From: an uncultured Gammaproteobacteria bacterium
GTDB lineage: Bacteria > Patescibacteriota > Microgenomatia > Levybacterales > GWA1-39-11
NCBI GenBank assembly: GCA_964472415.1
Contig: CAYYLC010000002.1
Span: forward strand, 164,783 to 228,782
Direction of reading: 5' to 3'
Length of the DNA stretch: 64,000 bases
The translations under genes and the position numbers were made by a program. Positions within the stretch are counted from its first letter, which is position 1. Every line of letters begins with the position of its first letter. The notes under the pieces were generated by a model that was not told where the DNA came from, did not search any database, and saw only the letters and a list, made by a program, of their open reading frames with translations. Positions 20,566 through 30,327 of this stretch are shown here, piece by piece.

Positions 20566-21216
20566 TTAGATAATAACAGAATCCTCTTTGAGTTTTTTTG
20601 GATTGAGTATGCGAATATGTTTTCCAGCGTTTTGAATGATGTTTTCCTTCTTAAGTTTTGCAATTTCTACACTGACAGTCTCGCGTGCAACTCCTAGGAG
20701 ATTTGCAATATCCTTGTGGGTAAGGGGAATTTTAATAATCAAAATCCCATTTTCCTCTTGTCCGAAGCGCTCAGAAAGAATCAATAAAATAGAGCAAACT
20801 TTTTGATATGCGTTTCCAAAAGCCATCTGTCCCATTCGCTCAAGTAAACCATCTACGCGTTTTGTAAGTCTATCGGTGCTGTAGAGAAGTACATCAGGAT
20901 TTTCATTAAGAAATGTCAAGAAATCTTCACGAGACCGTTTATAAATAATGCATGGAGTAATGCTTTGAAAAAAATACGGCTTCCTGCTTTTATTAAAAGT
21001 CCATGCAACTGGAAAGAAGTCTCCTTTTCGGGAAATGATAAAGGTAAATTCATCGCCATTTTCCGAGAAGAGATAGTTTCTCACATAGCCTTTATTAATA
21101 TAAAAAATACCATTTGGGATTTCATCACCACGAAGAATTGTTTCGCCTTTTTTATAAAGCAATGGATTTGCGGTTTTGAAAAAAGCTGCTAGTTTTTCTA
21201 CTGCGACGGCTCTCAA
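20566..21216 (-). CDS. Crp/Fnr family transcriptional regulator
   Basis: cNMP-binding-like N-domain; HTH LTHKDIANLLGVARETVS; TTG start with TATAAT 8 nt upstream. Confidence 0.9.
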   Translation of the reverse strand: MRAVAVEKLAAFFKTANPLLYKKGETILRGDEIPNGIFYINKGYVRNYLFSENGDEFTFIISRKGDFFPVAWTFNKSRKPYFFQSITPCIIYKRSREDFLTFLNENPDVLLYSTDRLTKRVDGLLERMGQMAFGNAYQKVCSILLILSERFGQEENGILIIKIPLTHKDIANLLGVARETVSVEIAKLKKENIIQNAGKHIRILNPKKLKEDSVII

Positions 21217-21254
21217 TTTAGAGTATTATACCAGACTCAGAATGAAGGACGAAA

Positions 21255-22820
21255 TTATCCCAAGCCGTCTCGTTTCGAATGAAGAAAGAAAAACCATTGC
21301 TCAAAAAATGAAACAAGGCCTTTGTATGGCGTTTCAATAAGAAAATCCAGGATAAAGAGAAATATATTTATCTGGGAAATACTTTCCGTAAGATGCCTTC
21401 CGAGTCGTGCGATGGGCATAAAGAATAGATCAATAAACGGAGTAAAGAGATGCTGTCGTTCTTTGACTGTGTATGTTTGTGCAGTCTGATTAATTCGATA
21501 TGCAAGAAATGACACAATCGAGAGAAAGAAGATAAATATTCCCTGGCTTGCAATTGTAAAATTGAATCGCATAAGAAGTAGAACTATAAATCCAACGGAC
21601 AAGAAAAATCCTCCATATGAAAGAATTGAGAAGAAGGTGTGAAGCGTGCTTGTGCTATTTTCATCGTGTTCCTTTATAAGCAGTTTTTTTCCAATCTTTG
21701 GGTCTTTGTCAGTAATGAGAATTTGTATTCGTTTAAAAATTTCTGCAGTATTTTTTTGTCCAGGGATACGGATGAGGAGGCTAACAATTATCATTAAGAG
21801 GATCGGTCCAAAAATATTTATTAAGAGAGGGATCCAAAAAATTTGTCCGTGGATGATATTGTCATATGTTGCTTCAACAGAGAATGCAAATAAAACTTTT
21901 GAAAGTGCAATAAAAATAATACTTCGGATAATTGCCCTCCGGACTTTTGTTGCGACACTTTGGTATCGTGTAGAGCACGTTGTTTCTATGAATTTCTGGA
22001 ATTCCTCAGGATCTTTTTCTATAAGGGTGAGTGATTGAGGGTCTTGACGAAGAATATCTTCAAGGATGAGAAATGGGGGAATCTGCCGTTTGACATAATT
22101 GAGTATTTTAAATCGAAGCTTATGATTGAGCTGCCCTTTAATTGTTTTGATTCCTTCTTTGAAATTCTGAGTAATTGACTCAATATTTTCTTCAGAGAGT
22201 TCTCCAAAATATTGTTTGAATAGATTGTATTCTATAAGTGCATGATCGTTTTTAGAATAAGCCTTTTTAATTGCGATAAAGAGCTGTACGTTTCTATCTT
22301 CATCAGTACCATCTTCTATGACGATATTTTTTTTGAGAATATGGAAAATGAAGTTTTCTATGGTTTCGCGTTCTTGTGATGGGCTAAGAATATTCTCAAT
22401 ATCAGAGGAGAGGATGTTCGTGATAAAGGAGTTCGTATTTATGTTGTGGATTGTTTTCGGAACTTTTGATTTTAATTCTAAATAAAGCTTAATAGAGCGG
22501 GTTACATTTTCAATAGTTTTTGCGTCAGTCTGTTCTTCTTGAATATGTTGGGCCCAGAGGAGTTCTTTGACTAATTCTTCACCAACTTTGCTTTTATCTC
22601 CGAGCATTAATTTTCGCTTCAGAATCCGCTCGATACTCGCGCGCAAAATCATTTCTTCTTCACGGTATTCTATAGAATTTCTGAAACGTTCATACCAAGA
22701 AGCAAGTTCTGAGACAATTGGATTTATATTTGAGGGGCTGTGTTTAGCATCTTCTCCAACTTTTTTAAATGTTTGGATAAGAATTTTTGCGTACGAATTT
22801 AGTTCCATAATAGCATTCAA
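21255..22820 (-). CDS. Hypothetical membrane protein
   Basis: 521-aa ORF with soluble N-half and several C-terminal TM segments; no recognised motif. Confidence 0.7.
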   Translation of the reverse strand: MNAIMELNSYAKILIQTFKKVGEDAKHSPSNINPIVSELASWYERFRNSIEYREEEMILRASIERILKRKLMLGDKSKVGEELVKELLWAQHIQEEQTDAKTIENVTRSIKLYLELKSKVPKTIHNINTNSFITNILSSDIENILSPSQERETIENFIFHILKKNIVIEDGTDEDRNVQLFIAIKKAYSKNDHALIEYNLFKQYFGELSEENIESITQNFKEGIKTIKGQLNHKLRFKILNYVKRQIPPFLILEDILRQDPQSLTLIEKDPEEFQKFIETTCSTRYQSVATKVRRAIIRSIIFIALSKVLFAFSVEATYDNIIHGQIFWIPLLINIFGPILLMIIVSLLIRIPGQKNTAEIFKRIQILITDKDPKIGKKLLIKEHDENSTSTLHTFFSILSYGGFFLSVGFIVLLLMRFNFTIASQGIFIFFLSIVSFLAYRINQTAQTYTVKERQHLFTPFIDLFFMPIARLGRHLTESISQINIFLFILDFLIETPYKGLVSFFEQWFFFLHSKRDGLG

Positions 22821-22895
22821 TTATATTGCCGCAATTTTTGTTCTGCAACCGACACTTTGCCTCGGAAAATATTGCGTGATACAATTCATCGTGTA

Positions 22896-24959
22896 ATGGA
22901 TAAAGTATATGATCATAAAACAGTAGAAGAGGGGATTTATAAAAAATGGGAATCGGGTGGATATTTCAAGCCAGAAGTTAATCCTGATGGAGAACCATTT
23001 TCAATAATTCTTCCGCCACCAAATGCGAATGCCCCGCTTCATTTCGGTCACGCGATGTATGTAATAGAGGATATTCTCGTCCGTTTTCACCGAATGAAGG
23101 GATTTTCTGCATTGTGGCTTCCAGGAGCGGATCATGCAGGATTTGAAACACAATTTGTGTATGAGAAGCACTTGAGTTTGCAAGGGGAAAGTCGATTTGA
23201 TTATTCTCGAGAGGAGTTATTTCAAAACATTTGGGATTTTGTACAAAATAATCGAGGTGGTATGGAGAACCAATTACGAAAATTAGGATTCTCGCTCGAT
23301 TGGTCTCGGCTCAAATTCACTATGGATGAAGATATTGTGAAAGTAGTCTATAAAACGTTTAAAAAGCTTTTTGATGATGGACTTGTGTATCGTGATAAGA
23401 GACTAGTCAATTATTGCACATTTGACGGAACATCATTTTCTGATCTAGAGGTAGTGAGTGAAGAGGTTGCAGGGGAAATCTATGATATTTCTTATCCATT
23501 AAAAAACGGTGGAGAAATAGTGGTTTCTACAACAAGACCGGAAACCTTGTTTGGTGATATGGCGGTGATGGTAAATCCGGATGATGTGCGCTATCAAAAT
23601 CTTATTGGAGAAACAGCACTGATCCCACTAATTGATCGAGAAATTCCCATCATTGCAGATCCGTATGTGGAAAAAGATTTTGGGACTGGCGCGGTAAAGG
23701 TAACGCCGTTTCATGATTTTAATGACTGGGAAGTAGGAAAGAGACACAACTTGGGAGGAATTCAAATAATTGGATTTAATGGCAAGATGCAGAACACAAT
23801 GATTGTTGATGATTTATATGGAAAACAAGCGCGTCGAAAAACCCTAGAATTACTTAGAGAAAAAGGATTATTGCAAGAATCACGAACACATACGATGAAT
23901 AAAAGAAGCTGTTATAAGTGTAAAAATATTTTAGAGCCGCTTCCTCTGGAACAATGGTTTGTAAAAATGAAACCACTTGCAAAGCGAGCAATTGAGTCAG
24001 TTAAAAATGATGAAATAGAGATTCATCCGAAAAGCTTTGAGAAGATATATTTCCAATTTCTCGAAAATATCCGTGATTGGAATATTAGTCGCCAAGTGGT
24101 TTGGGGAATTCGAATCCCAGCATGGAAAAATACAAAAACACATGAATGGATAGTGACTGATGGAAAGAGGCCTACGGGAGAAGATTGGGAGCAGGATAGT
24201 GATACGTTTGATACATGGTTTTCGTCCTCTCAGTGGCCTTTTGCAACACTTGCGAGCGCACACGACAATGATTTTAAAAAGTTTTATCCGACAACTGTGA
24301 TGGAGACTGGATATGACATTCTGAGGTGGTGGGTTGCTCGTATGGTTATGATGGGGTTGTATGCTACGGATAAAGTACCATTTCAGCATATTGTATTGCA
24401 CGGATTAGTAAATGATCCACTGGGCAAAAAAATGAGTAAGAGTAAAGGAAATGTGATAAATCCATTAGAGCTCGCAGATCAGTATGGAGCAGATGCCGTA
24501 CGATTTGCATTAGTATATGGAACCGCATTAGGGAATGATCAGGCACTTTCTTATCCAAAACTCGAGGCTGCTAGACGATTTACGAATAAGCTCTGGAATA
24601 TGGGGCGATTTATCTTAGATTTTAAACCGGAAGATGCACAATCTGAGATAGGTAGTCATCATGAGGATGCGGCAATAATCGAAAAACTCCATGCGCTTGT
24701 TTTTGATATCAATAGAGCATATAAGAACTATCGTTTTAATGATATTTCAGAGAAGCTGTATGAATTTACCTGGCATGAATTTGCAGATAAGTATATAGAG
24801 AGCACGAAGGGCAGACGAGTAGAGGCGCAGCCATGTTTAGAATATGTATATAAAACTATTCTGAAGCTCTTGCATCCAATTATGCCATTTGTGACAGAAG
24901 AGATTTATGGGAAATTTGAGAATGAGCCGCTCATTATTGCATCGTGGCCTTCAGAGTAG
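22896..24959 (+). CDS. valS: Valine--tRNA ligase (short form)
   Basis: PPPNA..LHFGH, DHAG, TTRPET, GTGAVKVTP, DWNISRQ, DTWFSS, KMSKS; start taken at ATG 22896. Confidence 0.96.
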   Translation: MDKVYDHKTVEEGIYKKWESGGYFKPEVNPDGEPFSIILPPPNANAPLHFGHAMYVIEDILVRFHRMKGFSALWLPGADHAGFETQFVYEKHLSLQGESRFDYSREELFQNIWDFVQNNRGGMENQLRKLGFSLDWSRLKFTMDEDIVKVVYKTFKKLFDDGLVYRDKRLVNYCTFDGTSFSDLEVVSEEVAGEIYDISYPLKNGGEIVVSTTRPETLFGDMAVMVNPDDVRYQNLIGETALIPLIDREIPIIADPYVEKDFGTGAVKVTPFHDFNDWEVGKRHNLGGIQIIGFNGKMQNTMIVDDLYGKQARRKTLELLREKGLLQESRTHTMNKRSCYKCKNILEPLPLEQWFVKMKPLAKRAIESVKNDEIEIHPKSFEKIYFQFLENIRDWNISRQVVWGIRIPAWKNTKTHEWIVTDGKRPTGEDWEQDSDTFDTWFSSSQWPFATLASAHDNDFKKFYPTTVMETGYDILRWWVARMVMMGLYATDKVPFQHIVLHGLVNDPLGKKMSKSKGNVINPLELADQYGADAVRFALVYGTALGNDQALSYPKLEAARRFTNKLWNMGRFILDFKPEDAQSEIGSHHEDAAIIEKLHALVFDINRAYKNYRFNDISEKLYEFTWHEFADKYIESTKGRRVEAQPCLEYVYKTILKLLHPIMPFVTEEIYGKFENEPLIIASWPSE

Positions 24960-25010
24960 TTCCCATAAAAGATTGGCGCTTCTCGAGTAAATTATCGTAC
25001 AATACGGAAT

Positions 25011-25400
25011 ATGGACAGATTGAAAAATTATTACCGCAGAATTACGACATTATTACCGAGAGACTGGTTTAATCGAGAAGTTAGTAAAAGCTTATTGCTC
25101 CTCTTCAGCACTTTATTGCTTGGATCACTTCTTCTTATGCTAGGAGGAGTTTATATGATGCAGAGCCTCCTTTCTCAAGCATATCAATCACAGCAGAGTA
25201 TTCACGACCGGTATTATTTTTGGGTAGAAAAGATGGAGGAATATCCCACCTCTCCGGATGTTTTTTATAATGCTGCAATTGCTGCCCGATCTGCAGGGCG
25301 CGAACAATCAGCGCTCGAGTTTTTACAGGAAGCGATTCTTTTAGATCCACAATTCAGCGAAGCTGTAGATTTACAGAGTGAGATTATTGGAAAGAAATAA
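25011..25400 (+). CDS. Hypothetical membrane protein with TPR-like motif
   Basis: TM segment, then PTSPDVFYNAAIAA...ALEFLQEAILLDP; TACAAT 7 nt before the ATG. Confidence 0.7.
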   Translation: MDRLKNYYRRITTLLPRDWFNREVSKSLLLLFSTLLLGSLLLMLGGVYMMQSLLSQAYQSQQSIHDRYYFWVEKMEEYPTSPDVFYNAAIAARSAGREQSALEFLQEAILLDPQFSEAVDLQSEIIGKK

Positions 25401-25403
25401 CGA

Positions 25404-26078
25404 CTATTCCTGAGGTTTCTCTGACTCTTCAGTGGGAGATTCTTTTGATTTTTCTTCAGCACTTTCTTCAGAAGCAGCTTCCGCTTCAGCGCTAACTTCA
25501 GCCTCCAAATCTTCAGCTTCTTGAGATACAAGTTCCGAGATTCGAAACACCGTGCTGTCTGGTGACGTAGTAATCTCAACTCCATCTGGTGTTTTCAAAT
25601 CTGATACTAGAATAGTATCGTCAATTTTTGCGAGGCTTTCTACATTTACTTCAATATTTTCTGGTAAATCTGCAGGAAGTGCCTCAATCTCAACCTCCAT
25701 AAGTGATTGCATGAGAGCGCCTATTTTCTCTTTCTCAGCCTTCGCTTCACCGGTTGCTATTACCGGAATAGTGGATTTTACTTTTTCCTTTAGGTTGACT
25801 TTATAAAAGTCTACATGAATAGGAGAGAGGTTGAGAGGGTTTCGTTGTACATTATGAATAAGTACTGGGTGCGTATCAGATCCAACCTTTAAATCTACGA
25901 GGCCGGTTTCGCGTACTTTCGTATATATCGCTTCAAATTCGCTTATTGGAAGTTGTAAGCTCAGGGATTCAAAGCTTTTGCCATAGATATTTGCTGGTAC
26001 GATTCCTTCTTTTCGAAGCCTTCTTACTTTTTTGCCAGTTACTATTCTTTTTTCTGCTTTTAGTGGTTCGTGTTTCAT
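25404..26078 (-). CDS. rplY: 50S ribosomal protein L25 / Ctc
   Basis: RRLRKEGIVPANIYG, HVDFY, EIEALPADLPENIEV; acidic tail; start at MKHEPL. Confidence 0.95.
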   Translation of the reverse strand: MKHEPLKAEKRIVTGKKVRRLRKEGIVPANIYGKSFESLSLQLPISEFEAIYTKVRETGLVDLKVGSDTHPVLIHNVQRNPLNLSPIHVDFYKVNLKEKVKSTIPVIATGEAKAEKEKIGALMQSLMEVEIEALPADLPENIEVNVESLAKIDDTILVSDLKTPDGVEITTSPDSTVFRISELVSQEAEDLEAEVSAEAEAASEESAEEKSKESPTEESEKPQE

Positions 26079-26184
26079 CTGATTGTATTCTACTAGAAAA
26101 TCCTCCAAAACACAATTTCCTTTGGTTTGACAGATTCAAAATTAGGCTCTATAATTAACAGTTACCTCATAGTTTGAGAGGTTA

Positions 26185-26254
26185 CGCGGGGTAGTGTACG
26201 GCTGCACAGGAGGCTCATAATCTCCTAGATAAGGTTCAACTCCTTACTCCGCAA
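26185..26254 (+). tRNA. tRNA-Met(CAT), initiator-type
   Basis: Acceptor CGCGGGG/CTCCGCA with C1:A72 mismatch; anticodon loop CTCATAA; T-loop TTCAACT. Confidence 0.9.
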
Positions 26255-26261
26255 CATATAT

Positions 26262-26612
26262 TTAAAGAAATAGCTCTATCCACTGTTTCCAGTTTGGGGT
26301 ACTTAGCTTCTCCTCTAAGGTTTTACGAACTGGGTTTTCTATTTCTTTTTGAACAATAATCTCATTACTTTGTACAAGTCCGAGTCTGTTTCGGGATTCT
26401 TGCTCGATGAATGTATCTGTTTGTACAAATTTTAGTTGTTCTGTAAGGAAGCTGTTGCGATTTTTTTCATATTCAAGTTCTTTCTCTAGACGCTCGACAT
26501 AAGACCCATTATTTTTAATTTTAATAAGCTCTTGAGTGGTGTTTTTGAGAATTATTCCCAAGAAAATAATGAGAATAGCTCCAAAGAGAATTTTGTAGTT
26601 GACAAACTTCAT
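26262..26612 (-). CDS. Septum formation initiator (DivIC/FtsB-like)
   Basis: N-terminal TM, coiled coil, FIEQESRNRLGLVQSNE, C-terminal PNWKQW. Confidence 0.8.
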   Translation of the reverse strand: MKFVNYKILFGAILIIFLGIILKNTTQELIKIKNNGSYVERLEKELEYEKNRNSFLTEQLKFVQTDTFIEQESRNRLGLVQSNEIIVQKEIENPVRKTLEEKLSTPNWKQWIELFL

Positions 26613-26642
26613 GGTTACTGATATTATAGGCTCAAATTTACT

Positions 26643-27509
26643 ATGTCAGAGCCAACGAAACTTCGAGACGCCCATTCTAAATTTCAAGAATTTCTGAAAG
26701 GCAAAAATAGAGCGTCTGCAACCATTTTAGCATACGGGAAAGACCTAGATCAGCTAGTGTCTTTTCTTGAAAAATTGGAGAAAGAGCACGTTCATGAAGT
26801 GCAGCACTCCGATATACAAGCTTTTCTTGCAAAACTTCAGGATGAAGGATATACTCCTAAGTCTCTTTCAAGAAAGCTTAATTCCACACGCACCTTTTAT
26901 CGGTATTTGAAGTTAAATGACTTTGTGACCGATGATCCATCGTTGCTTGTTGATCATCCAAAATATGAGCTAAATCCACCACGAGTTCTCTCTCCTTTGG
27001 AATATAGGGCACTTCGAGATGCGGCATCAGTTGATCCACGAATTTATGCGATTATTGAAATTTTGCTCCAAACGGGGATCCGAATTGGAGAGCTTGCAAA
27101 TCTTCGGGTTGCAGATATTAATGATTCGACGCTTACAATTCGTGCCTATGAAGGCCATCCGCAACGTGAAGTACCACTTAATAGACGTGCAAAAGAAGCA
27201 TTAAAGCGATACATGGAGACACGTACGAAAACTGAGTCTGATTATATATTTGTCACTAAAACAGGCAGACCATTTTTAGTTCGAAATATCCGCGATGCAG
27301 TTGAGCGATATTTTAAAAAAGCTGGGATTGAAAAAGTAAAGATAAATGATCTAAGGCATACATTTGTAGCACATCACCTCAAGCAGGGAGTATCTCTCGT
27401 ATTTCTTTCAAAAGTGCTTGGGCACAAGCGACTTTCATCAACTGAACGATATTTACAGTATATAAAGGATGTAAAAAACGGTGACAGTACGGTTCTTCAA
27501 GAGCTGTAA
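26643..27509 (+). CDS. XerC/XerD-like tyrosine recombinase
   Basis: SAM-like N-domain; TGIRIGEL, DLRHTF, LGH...STERY. Confidence 0.9.
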   Translation: MSEPTKLRDAHSKFQEFLKGKNRASATILAYGKDLDQLVSFLEKLEKEHVHEVQHSDIQAFLAKLQDEGYTPKSLSRKLNSTRTFYRYLKLNDFVTDDPSLLVDHPKYELNPPRVLSPLEYRALRDAASVDPRIYAIIEILLQTGIRIGELANLRVADINDSTLTIRAYEGHPQREVPLNRRAKEALKRYMETRTKTESDYIFVTKTGRPFLVRNIRDAVERYFKKAGIEKVKINDLRHTFVAHHLKQGVSLVFLSKVLGHKRLSSTERYLQYIKDVKNGDSTVLQEL

Positions 27510-27547
27510 ATATTGGCTTTTTATCACTCGCTTGCTATAGTAGAACT

Positions 27548-28066
27548 ATGGAGCGAACAGAAAAATCTTCAGAGTACTCGGATATAAAAACGCTTCTTTC
27601 GTGGAGTGCGCCAGGACGACCATTTAAGCAGAAAGGGAAAGAGTATTATTTGAATGGACTCCTAATTGCATTCTTATTAGAGGTTATTTTATTTTTGTTC
27701 CAACAGTATTTATTTATGTTTGTTGTAGGGGCACTTTACTTTCTCTCGATAGCTTTGGCAACAGTTCCGCCGCGAAATTTCCATTATAGAATTAGTAATC
27801 AGGGAATAAAAGTCGAAGACCATTTCTTTATCTGGGAGGAACTATACGATTTCTATTTTAAAAAAATGAATGGAGTAGAGGTTTTGATTGTTCGCACGAA
27901 GGCGCTTTTGCCAGGAGAGGTTCAGATTCCGCTAGGAGAGCTGTATCCTCACCATGTGCGGAGAGCATTGATTTCTTATTTGCCGTACCGTGAGATTGTA
28001 CGATCAACATTTATGGAGAGGTCTGCAGATTGGCTTTCACGAAATTTTCCTCTCGAAAAAAGATAA
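27548..28066 (+). CDS. Conserved hypothetical membrane protein (DUF5673-like)
   Basis: LLSWSAPGRPFK, two TM segments, ISNQGIKV...WEEL; TATAGT 6 nt before the ATG. Confidence 0.7.
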   Translation: MERTEKSSEYSDIKTLLSWSAPGRPFKQKGKEYYLNGLLIAFLLEVILFLFQQYLFMFVVGALYFLSIALATVPPRNFHYRISNQGIKVEDHFFIWEELYDFYFKKMNGVEVLIVRTKALLPGEVQIPLGELYPHHVRRALISYLPYREIVRSTFMERSADWLSRNFPLEKR

Positions 28067-28070
28067 TAAG

Positions 28071-28156
28071 CGGAGAGTACAGGATTTGAACCTGTGAAGG
28101 AGTAAAACCCCTCGAGTTTTCGAAACTCGTGCAATTGACCACTATGCGAACTCTCC
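28071..28156 (-). tRNA. tRNA-Ser(CGA)
   Basis: Reverse strand GGAGAGT...CGAGT-TTCGAAA-ACTCG, long variable arm, GGTTCAAATCC, G73. Confidence 0.95.
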
Positions 28157-28295
28157 CGACAAAAAGTTATCTTCTCAAAGTTTTCTCTCTTGATAGTAAT
28201 CCCGTTTAGCGGAATTACATAGGGAAGTGCAGACCGCAATTTGAGCATTTTAATTGATTAAAATGTGAGAGCACCAGGCCATGGCAATTCCGTTG

Positions 28296-28368
28296 CGTCC
28301 CCGAGTGGGGTCGAACCACCAACCTTTGGATCCGCAATCCAATGCTCTATCCATTAAGCTACGGGGAC
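28296..28368 (-). tRNA. tRNA-Arg(GCG)
   Basis: Reverse strand GTCCCCG TAGCTTAATGGATAGAGC A TTGGA-TTGCGGA-TCCAA ... GGTTCGACCCC ... CGGGGAC G. Confidence 0.93.
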
Positions 28369-28429
28369 ACTATGCGTATTTTAGTGCATCGGAAGGTCTG
28401 AATCAAACAAAATCGTGTATAATAGTTTT

Positions 28430-29629
28430 ATGGCAGATATCTACAAAGAGTCAGTTGCACTTCACAAAAAAAAGCGCGGAAAGCTTGAAATTAAATCAAA
28501 AATTGTCATTAAGAATAGAGACGATTTATCACTCGTTTACACTCCTGGTGTAGCTGAAGTCTCAAGAGAAATAGCGCAAGACAATGCGAGGGCGTATGAT
28601 TTGACTATAAAAAACAATTCTGTTGCAATTATTTCTGATGGATCATCAGTATTGGGTCTTGGAAATATTGGGCCATATGCTGCAATTCCAGTCATGGAGG
28701 GAAAGGCTATTTTATTTAAAGAATATGCCGATATTGACGCGTTTCCTCTGACTGTTCAGACACAAAATTCTTTTGAAATTATCAATTTAGTAAAAAATAT
28801 AGCACCTATATTTGGTGGAGTGAATTTAGAAGATATTGCAGCACCACGATGTTTTGAGATAGAGAATGCATTGCAAGAAATAGGGATTCCGGTATTTCAT
28901 GATGATCAGCACGGAACTGCAATTGTGCTTTTGGCTGCACTTATCAATGCGACAAAGCTTGCAGGGAAAAAGCTCACCGATCTAAAAGTCGTGATAAATG
29001 GAGCAGGGGCTGCGGGAACTGCGATCGCGAATTTATTGCTTTGTGTGGGCTATGATCCTAGGATCTGCGAACCCGTAAAAGAAATTATTGTTTGTGATTC
29101 TGAGGGAATAATTCATAAAGCGCGACCTGATATTCAGAATAATCCGCACAAAATGCGACTTGCAAGCATTACGAACAGACAGAATCGTGAAGGAAAATTG
29201 TCAGATGCAGTACGGGATGCAGACGTATTTATAGGAGTAAGTAGGGGGAATTCTTTTAAACCGTCTCAGCTTAAGAAAATGCAAGAAAGGCCAATAATTC
29301 TTGCAATGGCAAACCCAACCCCTGAGATTATGCCAGACATTGCATATGATGCAGGTGCATTTATTGTGGGAACGGGACGATCCGATTTCCCAAATCAGGT
29401 AAATAATGTTTTGGCGTTTCCGGGAGTATTTCGTGGTGCTTTGGATGCACGGGCAAAGGTTATTTCAAATCACATGAAGATTATGGCAGCTTTCGCGCTT
29501 GCAAAGGTTGTTAAAAATCCTACCAGGGATAATATCTTACCTTCCGTGCTTGATAAATCAGTGGTTCCAGCAGTTGCAACAGCTGTAAAAAGAGCATATC
29601 AAGATGACTTAAAGCTTGGGATGGTATAG
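28430..29629 (+). CDS. NAD(P)-dependent malic enzyme
   Basis: YTPGVA, VMEGK, NLEDIAAPRCF, FHDDQHGTA, GAGAAG, MANPTPEI, GRSDFPNQVNN; start at ATG 28430. Confidence 0.95.
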   Translation: MADIYKESVALHKKKRGKLEIKSKIVIKNRDDLSLVYTPGVAEVSREIAQDNARAYDLTIKNNSVAIISDGSSVLGLGNIGPYAAIPVMEGKAILFKEYADIDAFPLTVQTQNSFEIINLVKNIAPIFGGVNLEDIAAPRCFEIENALQEIGIPVFHDDQHGTAIVLLAALINATKLAGKKLTDLKVVINGAGAAGTAIANLLLCVGYDPRICEPVKEIIVCDSEGIIHKARPDIQNNPHKMRLASITNRQNREGKLSDAVRDADVFIGVSRGNSFKPSQLKKMQERPIILAMANPTPEIMPDIAYDAGAFIVGTGRSDFPNQVNNVLAFPGVFRGALDARAKVISNHMKIMAAFALAKVVKNPTRDNILPSVLDKSVVPAVATAVKRAYQDDLKLGMV

Positions 29630-29700
29630 CCCTCATAGTTTAATGGATAGAATAGGGGATTCCGGATCCTCTGATGTGGGTTCGATTCCCCCTGAGGGCG
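29629..29700 (+). tRNA. tRNA-Arg(CCG)
   Basis: GCCCTCA/TGAGGGC acceptor stem; GGGGA-TTCCGGA-TCCTC anticodon arm; GGTTCGATTCC. Confidence 0.93.
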
Positions 29701-29812
29701 CAGCGGAATTACAAAACTTTTTTGGATTTCCATTGATTACATATCGGTTTTCATGAAATAGTTTCTAATTCCTATCTTAAAAATTTGTTTTAACGTTTGT
29801 TAAATAAATATT

Positions 29813-30235
29813 ATGAAATTTGAATTTAGTGCTGGAGGTATTGTATATAAAAAAGAACGAAACACGCTTTTTATTCTTCTTGCAAAACATTCATATCATA
29901 AAGGATGGGTATTTCCAAAAGGATTGATTGATAAAGGTGAAACGAAAGAGCAAGCAGCAATACGAGAAGTAAAAGAGGAAAGTGGTGCGGATGGTGTTAT
30001 TCAGAAATCACTAGAGCCTATAACGTATTGGTATAGATTTGAAAATGAGAAACGAAAAAAGACGGTATATTATTTTATTATGCAATATGCTGGAGGAGAT
30101 ATTAGTCAGCACGATTTTGAAATGGATGATGTGCAATGGTATAAGGCGCAGGATGCAGTGAAAAAGCTCACTTATAGATCAGAAAAGGAACTACTCGAAA
30201 AATCGCTCATTAAAATAGAAAGACTTGCAGAGTAG
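29813..30235 (+). CDS. NUDIX hydrolase
   Basis: Nudix box GLIDKGETKEQAAIREVKEESG; SAGGIVY. Confidence 0.92.
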   Translation: MKFEFSAGGIVYKKERNTLFILLAKHSYHKGWVFPKGLIDKGETKEQAAIREVKEESGADGVIQKSLEPITYWYRFENEKRKKTVYYFIMQYAGGDISQHDFEMDDVQWYKAQDAVKKLTYRSEKELLEKSLIKIERLAE

Positions 30236-30243
30236 CTGTTGTG

Positions 30244-30327
30244 CGGAGGAGGCGGGATTTGAACCCGCGTGAGCTTGCGCTCGCACGCTTTCCAAGCGTG
30301 TGCCATAGGCCACTAGGCGACTCCTCC
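30244..30327 (-). tRNA. tRNA-Ser(GGA)
   Basis: Reverse strand GGAGGAG...CACGC-TTGGAAA-GCGTG, long variable arm, GGTTCAAATCC. Confidence 0.95.
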
